A DNA stretch of 64,000 nt from Singulisphaera sp. Ch08 (GTDB taxonomy: Bacteria; Planctomycetota; Planctomycetia; Isosphaerales; Isosphaeraceae). Positions within the stretch are counted from its first letter, which is position 1; every line of letters starts with the position of its first letter. The notes below the pieces were generated by a model. The model had not been told where the DNA came from, did not search any database, and saw nothing but the letters and a program-made list of their open reading frames with translations. The position numbers were made by a program, and so were the translations under genes. Location of the stretch: contig NZ_CP155447.1 of assembly GCF_045290345.1 (NCBI RefSeq), forward strand, positions 693,078-757,077. The letters run 5' to 3'. Shown here piece after piece: positions 58,182 to 64,000 of this stretch.

Positions 58182-59012
58182 ATGGCCAACACGAAACCCA
58201 TGTACCGTCTGGTGGTTTTCGAGGAAGTGGATGACCCTCAGGGGGTCCGTGACCTCTTTTGCAAGGTGACGGGCATTCACCCCACCGACGCCATGCAATG
58301 GATTGCGCGGGCCCCTGGGGTCTGGCCCAAGCCGCTGACCGAGGCCGAGACGCGATCCCTGCTCGACGGTCTGTTCGAGTATGGCGTGCCGGCCGAGGCG
58401 TGGCGTGTCGACCAGTTCCCCGACATCGTCCCCCCTCGCAAGATCCACACCGCCGCCTGTCTGCCGGAAGGCTTCCGAGTCCAAGGACTCCACGGCGAAG
58501 CGACTCATTGGGTTCCCTGGGATCGAATCGAACTGATCAGTGCCGGGCGGATCGACACGGAGGACGTCTTCCGCAAGGCCAGCCCACCGACATGGTCCGC
58601 CGCACTGGCCGTGGGGCTCCGGGCCATCACGCTCCGGGTCGGCAAGCCGCCCGACCGCAGCAAACGAGCGAGCCGAGTCCTTCGCGACCCGGTCGGCGAG
58701 GCGATCATCGTCCGACGCGACCCTCTGATCGCTTTTCGAATCATCGAAAACCAGATGAACTACGCCTACCTGGGGGACCGCCTGAGCCCCAAAGCCTCGG
58801 AAAACTTCCCCGTGTTCCTGGCCGACCTCTGCGCCCGAGCCGAGCAAGCCGACGTTACTCCGCTCACTCAGTCGATCGTGGAGCACAAAGACCCGGCCGA
58901 GTCGGCCTTTCCGAGCTCACAAGCCCTCCTGGATTACTCAACTCACCGGCTCCTCTGGTGCTGGTATCGCCGCGCCCGCGACAAGCAACGTCTCGAAGAG
59001 ACGGGCTTTTGA
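58182..59012 (+). CDS. Hypothetical protein.
   Basis: It is an intact 277-aa ORF (MANTKPMYRLVVFEEVDDPQGVRDLF...) divergent from the TPR gene. No motif was recognised. The overlapping minus-strand and plus-strand ORFs are Arg/Pro-rich shadows. Confidence 0.4.
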   Translation: MANTKPMYRLVVFEEVDDPQGVRDLFCKVTGIHPTDAMQWIARAPGVWPKPLTEAETRSLLDGLFEYGVPAEAWRVDQFPDIVPPRKIHTAACLPEGFRVQGLHGEATHWVPWDRIELISAGRIDTEDVFRKASPPTWSAALAVGLRAITLRVGKPPDRSKRASRVLRDPVGEAIIVRRDPLIAFRIIENQMNYAYLGDRLSPKASENFPVFLADLCARAEQADVTPLTQSIVEHKDPAESAFPSSQALLDYSTHRLLWCWYRRARDKQRLEETGF

Positions 59013-59152
59013 GCAGACGTTCACGGATTTCCTTATGCTTCTTCTACGATCCGTGACCGAGCGCGAACCTCGATAGATTTCCGGCTCGGTCGAATCCGTC
59101 GTACGGCCGGCCCGGCCGTATCCCCCTCGGTCCAGGGCCATTCCTCGGACTC

Positions 59153-59260
59153 GCGCCGACCCCGAGGGAATTACGGCCGGGCCGGCCGTGCTACTGAAAA
59201 CCAACCTGTGGCGGAAACCGCAAGAATCATCAGTGCTTTCGCTCCGTCGCGGATCGTTGA
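59153..59260. repeat. Interspersed repeat, family C.
   Basis: The sequence is GACCCCGAGGGAATTACGGCCGGGCCGGCCGTGCTACTGAAAACCAACCTGTGGCGGAAACCGCAAGAATCATCAGTGCTTTCGCTCCGTCGCGGATCGTTG. An inverted partial copy CGTACGGCCGGCCCGGCCGTA lies just upstream at 59103-59122. Confidence 0.75.
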
Positions 59261-59334
59261 TTTTTATTTCGTAAAGCCTCGCTGAAACCGTCAAAAAGTC
59301 ATCATCAACTCGCAAATCGGTTCGCGGCAAGGCT

Positions 59335-59480
59335 CGAATCCCTCCCGTAATGCGGGCACGGTCCATCATCCCGATCTCCTTGCCCCAAGGGTGGTTAAGA
59401 TGGTGGGCCGTGCCCACCCTACGGGAATTATTAGGCCGACGATGATGCCAAGGCCAGCCGCGTTGACGTTAGGGAGAAAC
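59335..59480. repeat. Family D palindromic repeat, reverse orientation and rearranged.
   Basis: It contains GATGGTGGGCCGTGCCCACCCTACGGGAATTATTAGGCCGACGATGATGCCA...CGTTGACGTTAGGGAGAAACGGGTTCGGCGAAGCGTTAC. Confidence 0.65.
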
Positions 59481-60468
59481 GGGTTCGGCGAAGCGTTACT
59501 CGGTTCGAGCCTGAGCGACTGGGTCGTGCACACGGTTCACGCCGGCCCCTGCGCCCTGGTTGAACGAGGCGGCCTTGATGAGCCGAGGCCTCGGGCAAAC
59601 GTTATCGAGAACGTCGCCAGCCGTCCCTCGGCGTCTCCTGGCCGGAGTCCCACCGACGGTACGCCCACCTGGTCGAATGGGCATCGAGCACTGATAAGTT
59701 GAGGCGATGGTTCGCCGACCACGTCGCTTTGAATCTCTATCCAATGATCCGCAACAGGGCGAAAAGCAGGCCGACAATTGGCAAGGCCGGCCAAGGTGGC
59801 TCCGACAAGTGCCCTTGGCCCTCTGACAATTGCTTGAACTCGCCTGGAATAACAGCCGGGCCGGCCGAACGACTGAATTTCGTCGAAAACCCCTTGCGCC
59901 AATGGACAGAAATAGCGTGACAGGCTCCTCGCCCCCTCACAACCGGCCGCACGTTCAAGACAGACAATCACAGACCTGAGAACAATCGAATCCCTGCAGG
60001 TTTCAAAAAATTTCAAGTAATTCTACACTCACAACGACAACGTCTCAGGTCATTGTCTATTCAAGCTTTATGTTCCAAAAAGTCCCCCTCACCCCACTTC
60101 TCAGGCGTGGGTTGGCTCGACAAAGCCATGGAAGAAATTGCCTGATCCGTGTATGATTTCCATGATCCATGCACTCGGGACGTGCATCCTGACTCGCTCG
60201 GTCTTCTCATGAACCACTCCGCAGAATCGGAGCTCACGTGAGAAGTGCGAGACCAGCGAGAACTTAAAAAAAATGGATTTTCCCCTGGGGACTGCTCCAC
60301 CAAAGCCTGGTGATTCCTCCCTGAGACGGCTCACCCGCTTTACCTGAATCGCGATCTCTCAAGAGGTCGAAAAAAATCAAACTACATCCTCATCAGTTAA
60401 TGTCCTTTTTAATCAGGGCATGACTGACGCGGGCCGGATCGCTCCCGGTCTGTTTCTTTCGTTATTTC

Positions 60469-60684
60469 TTGCAAGAGGTTATCCCCATCGTGCGTTCTCT
60501 TCGAATCCTTTTGATCAGCTATTGCGCCTACCTGACACTCCCGCTTCTCACAATGTCACTGACCGGTTGCGGCGGAGCCAGCAGCGAGACGCAAGCCACA
60601 CCGGGGCCCACGCCGCAGGACGAGGACATTCGCAAGCAGATGATCGAGTTCGAGAAATCGAAAGCGAAATCCCGCAAAAAGTAG
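60469..60684 (+). CDS. Small (71 aa) putative lipoprotein, paralogue of 5371..5580.
   Basis: It has the signal/lipobox LTLPLLTMSLTGCGG and the tail ASSETQATPGPTPQDEDIRKQMIEFEKSKAKSRKK. It lies 200 bp upstream of a DUF1559 gene. Confidence 0.5.
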   Translation: MQEVIPIVRSLRILLISYCAYLTLPLLTMSLTGCGGASSETQATPGPTPQDEDIRKQMIEFEKSKAKSRKK

Positions 60685-60886
60685 GCCCTCACACCAAACC
60701 AGGCACACGGTCACCCCTCGACCGCCCGCTTCCGGCTCGCTTCTGTTCCCGGACAGGACAGGTTCCACGTCCGAAGGTCCTGCCATGGCCTTTGAGGATT
60801 CAGGGCAGGCGGCCCGCCGAAGGGCCAGCTTGGCGATCAATTGATCGTCGAGATGTTCATCTTTCCTAATTTGCTGAGGATCGAGC

Positions 60887-61927
60887 ATGACAAGTCGAAG
60901 CATTAAGCGGGGATTCACGCTGATCGAGCTCTTGGTGGTGATCGCCATCATCGCCGTCCTGATCGCGTTGCTGTTGCCGGCCGTGCAGGCGGCACGTGAA
61001 GCGGCCCGTCGTTCGCAGTGCACGAACAACCTCAAGCAGCTTGGGTTGGCGATGCACAATTATTTGTCTTCCAACAACGTCTTCCCGCTGGGGGCGTCGC
61101 TGGCGGCCGATAGCCCGACGACCCAGGCCTCTTGGAACAATTGGGGGGCTCAGGCCCTGATGCTGCCCGCGATGGAGCAGACGGCCCTCTACAACGCGAT
61201 CAACTTCAACTACGGTTGCCGAAACGCCAGTGGGACCACCGCCGGGCCGATCAACTCCACGGCGGCCAACTCCAAGGTCGCTGCGTTTCTTTGCCCCTCC
61301 GACAGCAACGCGGGCCAGACCAACCTCAACAGCTACCACGGCTCGATGGGCACGACCCCCGCGAACAACCGGACGGGCAGCTCGGGGATGTTCACCTTCC
61401 GAATGGCCTACGGGATCGAGAGCCTCACGGATGGGAGCAGCAACACCATCGCCTTCTCCGAAGCCCTGGCCAGCGACTATGCCAGTGGCGCGATCCGCAA
61501 GCCGGCGAATGGAGTCGGCAACGCCGGCGGCGACACCTCGACGATCCAGCAAATGATCAGCGCCGGCACGAACCCGGCCGCGATCCAGGCGGCGCTGACC
61601 GCTTGTAACACCGCCTGGCAGGCCGGCTCGAACATCGGGATCGATCGCGGCCGTTACTGGGCGAACGGGATCGAGGGATACACGATGTTCAATACCATCG
61701 TCACCCCCAACTCTAAGCAGAACGGCTGGAATTACTGCCGGTTGGATTGCTGCAGCACGGCCGGCAACGCGCACTTCACCAAGGCGTCGAGCAACCACTC
61801 CGGCGGTGTCAATACCCTGCTGGGCGACGGCAGCGTCCGGTTCATCAAAGACTCGATCTCGCAGGTGACCTGGTGGGCGCTCGGCACCCGCGACGGCGGC
61901 GAAACGATCAGCTCCGACTCGTACTGA
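60887..61927 (+). CDS. DUF1559 / prepilin-type N-terminal cleavage-methylation domain protein.
   Basis: The translation starts [62 protein letters not shown] and ends ...[43 protein letters not shown]. The minus-strand ORF 60866..61798 is a shadow. Confidence 0.9.
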   Translation: MTSRSIKRGFTLIELLVVIAIIAVLIALLLPAVQAAREAARRSQCTNNLKQLGLAMHNYLSSNNVFPLGASLAADSPTTQASWNNWGAQALMLPAMEQTALYNAINFNYGCRNASGTTAGPINSTAANSKVAAFLCPSDSNAGQTNLNSYHGSMGTTPANNRTGSSGMFTFRMAYGIESLTDGSSNTIAFSEALASDYASGAIRKPANGVGNAGGDTSTIQQMISAGTNPAAIQAALTACNTAWQAGSNIGIDRGRYWANGIEGYTMFNTIVTPNSKQNGWNYCRLDCCSTAGNAHFTKASSNHSGGVNTLLGDGSVRFIKDSISQVTWWALGTRDGGETISSDSY

Positions 61928-61992
61928 GCTGCCGCCTCATTGCGCGGATGCGAAGGAACCCGGAATCGATCGAAAGCAAAAAAAGAAGAAAA

Positions 61993-62035
61993 AAGGGGGG
62001 GGGAGCCGTCTGGCTTCCCCCCTTTCTCAATTTCC
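61993..62035 (+). terminator. Probable intrinsic terminator after the DUF1559 gene.
   Basis: The hairpin AAGGGGGGGGGAGCC gtct GGCTTCCCCCCTT is followed by TCTCAATTTCC. The U-tract is imperfect. Confidence 0.5.
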
Positions 62036-62286
62036 AATGGATCAACGCTGCAAATCAGTGCTCCTCCCTCACGTCTCGATGCCGAAGCCAGCTTTGGTGA
62101 AGAGTCGCACCAAGAATCGCCCCGCAAAACCAGATCATCCGGGCCACCTTTACATAATCCCCATGCCCCTGATAGACTTATCACGCAAACGCCCTTGGCA
62201 GGGGACGCCAGGATCTCCAGGCGGAGGACGCCAACCAACCCACCGCCCCCATTCCACCAATCAGAGGTTGCAGGAGAGACATTTCC

Positions 62287-63468
62287 GTGCCCCAACAAGA
62301 CCGTTATCTGTTCACGAGCGAGTCGGTCTCGATGGGCCATCCTGATAAGATGGCCGATCAGATCTCCGACGGCATCCTCGACGCGATCTTCAAGCAGGAT
62401 CCGAAAGCGCGGGTGGCGTGCGAGACTTTGCTGACGACCGGGCTGGTGGTTGTGGCGGGTGAGATCACGACCACGGCGTCTGTCGACTACGCCAGCGTGG
62501 TCCGGCAAGTTGTCGAAGAGGTGGGCTACACCTCCAGCGAGATGGGCTTCGACGCCAAGACCTGTGCGGTGATGGTGGCTCTGGGCAAGCAATCGCCCGA
62601 CATCGCCCAAGGGGTCAACGACGACGCCGAGAAGGGCAAAGACATCGGGGCCGGCGACCAGGGCCTGATGTTCGGCTACGCCGCCAACGAAACGCCCGAA
62701 CTGATGCCGATGCCGATTGCCCTGGCGCATCGAATCATCAACCGAATCACCGAACTCCGCAAGAACGGCACGATCAAGTGGCTCCGCCCTGACAGCAAGA
62801 GCCAGGTCACCGTCGAATACGTCGACGGCAAGCCGGTCCGGATCGACGCGGTGGTCGTCTCGACCCAGACCGATGAGACGCCGATCGAAGAGATCCGCAA
62901 GGTCATCAAGGAGCAGGTGATCCTGCCCGTGCTGCCCAAGGACATGGTCGACGCCGAGACCAAGTACTACATCAACCCGACCGGCCGGTTCGTCGTGGGT
63001 GGCCCCTGCGGTGACGCTGGCCTGACGGGCCGCAAGATCATCGTCGACACCTACGGAGGCGCGGGTCGCCACGGCGGTGGGGCGTTCAGCGGCAAGGATC
63101 CCACAAAGGTTGACCGCTCGGCCGCCTACATGGCCCGCTACGTCGCCAAGAACGTGGTGGCGGCCGGCCTGGCCGACCGCTGCGAAATCCAGTTCGCCTA
63201 CGCCATCGGCGTCTCCGAACCGGTCAGCGTCCACGTCGACACCTTCGGCACCGGGCAGATCGCCGACGCCCAGATCGCCGAGTTGGTTCGCAAGACCTTC
63301 CCGCTGAACCCGTCGGGCATCATCAAGCACCTCGACCTGCGCCGCCCGATCTACCAGAAGACCGCCAGCGGCGGCCACTTCGGACGCTCGGAGCCTGAGT
63401 TCACCTGGGAGCGCACCGACAAGGCCGATGCCCTCCGCAAGGCGATCGGCAGCCTGGCGACCGCCTGA
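62287..63468 (+). CDS. metK: S-adenosylmethionine synthetase.
   Basis: The translation reads ...[56 protein letters not shown]...[27 protein letters not shown]... It uses a GTG start. The minus-strand ORF 61732..63378 is a shadow. Confidence 0.95.
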   Translation: MPQQDRYLFTSESVSMGHPDKMADQISDGILDAIFKQDPKARVACETLLTTGLVVVAGEITTTASVDYASVVRQVVEEVGYTSSEMGFDAKTCAVMVALGKQSPDIAQGVNDDAEKGKDIGAGDQGLMFGYAANETPELMPMPIALAHRIINRITELRKNGTIKWLRPDSKSQVTVEYVDGKPVRIDAVVVSTQTDETPIEEIRKVIKEQVILPVLPKDMVDAETKYYINPTGRFVVGGPCGDAGLTGRKIIVDTYGGAGRHGGGAFSGKDPTKVDRSAAYMARYVAKNVVAAGLADRCEIQFAYAIGVSEPVSVHVDTFGTGQIADAQIAELVRKTFPLNPSGIIKHLDLRRPIYQKTASGGHFGRSEPEFTWERTDKADALRKAIGSLATA

Positions 63469-63504
63469 TCGAGTCGGATCGAACGGATCCTCAACATTCC
63501 CGAC

Positions 63505-63550
63505 CGAAGCCCGTTTTCTCCCGGGAAGACGGGCTTCGTTTTTTATTTCT
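63505..63550 (+). terminator. Rho-independent terminator after metK.
   Basis: The sequence CGAAGCCCGT tttctcccgggaag ACGGGCTTCG is followed by TTTTTTATTTCT. Confidence 0.7.
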
Positions 63551-63569
63551 TCCTTGACGTAGGCTTTTC

Positions 63570-64000
63570 ATGCCGTCGCCATTATCAGAGGCTGCACGCG
63601 CGGCGTATTCCAAGGCGTTTGGCCTCGAGCCGACAGTCCTGGCCCAGGCTCCCGGCCGGGTCGAACTGCTGGGCAACCACACCGACTATAATGGCGGCCT
63701 GGTCCTGGCCACGGCCATCGACCGCGGCACGGTCATTGCCGGCCGGAGCATCCCCGAGCGCGAGGGCCAAGTCCGCTCGACCGGGTTCCCGGACCCGGAC
63801 CGGTTCGACCTCGAGGCTCTCGAAACCGACGCGCCGGGGGCGTGGGGTCGTTATGTCCGAGGCGTGGTCTGGACGCTCCGAGAAGCTCACGGGCCGTTTC
63901 AAGGAGGGTTCCAGGCGGCGATCGCTGGTGACGTCCCCTTGGGAGCGGGCCTCTCCAGCTCCGCGAGCCTTCAGGCGGCCCTGGCCCTGTTCCTGCTGCA
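63570..64000 (+). CDS. galK: Galactokinase, N-terminal part. It continues beyond the window.
   Basis: It has the galactokinase signature PGRVELLGNHTDYNGG and the GHMP-kinase motif PLGAGLSSSAS. Confidence 0.85.
   Translation, partial: MPSPLSEAARAAYSKAFGLEPTVLAQAPGRVELLGNHTDYNGGLVLATAIDRGTVIAGRSIPEREGQVRSTGFPDPDRFDLEALETDAPGAWGRYVRGVVWTLREAHGPFQGGFQAAIAGDVPLGAGLSSSASLQAALALFLL

Noticed and set aside
59537-60016. A 159-aa minus-strand ORF in the 59.5-60.0 kb spacer.
   Set aside because: It has no motif and overlaps repeat fragments (family C remnant at 59855-59880). The Cys/Arg-rich composition is typical of a spurious high-GC ORF.

Overview
This is a high-GC (~65-70%) chromosomal window whose gene content points to a member of the Planctomycetota. 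It carries four DUF1559 'prepilin-type N-terminal cleavage/methylation' proteins, two DUF1501 proteins, and two PSCyt/DUF1549/DUF1553 proteins. It also has one PSCyt1-HEAT giant protein and two flotillin/SPFH genes, one of them in an nfeD-floT operon. Housekeeping genes include metK, a partial galK, a class I/II aminotransferase, an M16 peptidase, an S8 subtilase and an orphan ABC ATPase. I could not recognise any rRNA, tRNA or CRISPR array by eye. Most long ORFs on the opposite strand of real genes are GC-driven shadow ORFs.

The accessory content is concentrated in the intergenic regions. These hold at least five families of short interspersed repeats (REP-like hairpin elements, MITE-like elements with terminal inverted repeats, and long palindromes), including one nested insertion of one element inside another.

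The most unusual locus is a ~2.6 kb micro-island with no integrase, inserted at the 3' end of the flotillin gene. It is bounded by a ~310 bp direct duplication of the flotillin 3' end and punctuated by three copies of a ~125 bp inverted-repeat element. It carries a HigB/HigA-like toxin-antitoxin pair and an orphan ORF.

Four other loci are worth a second look:
- a secreted Gly-Trp (GWGGGWGRGIGW) tandem-repeat protein with a frameshift in a G-tract, immediately upstream of a subtilase;
- a translationally coupled SelA-like / penicillin-acylase-like / DmfA2-like operon with an adjacent LysR regulator;
- conserved small lipoprotein + DUF1559 gene pairs;
- a frameshifted ceramidase-like gene.

All functional calls rest on motifs read directly from the translations. 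No database search was run.
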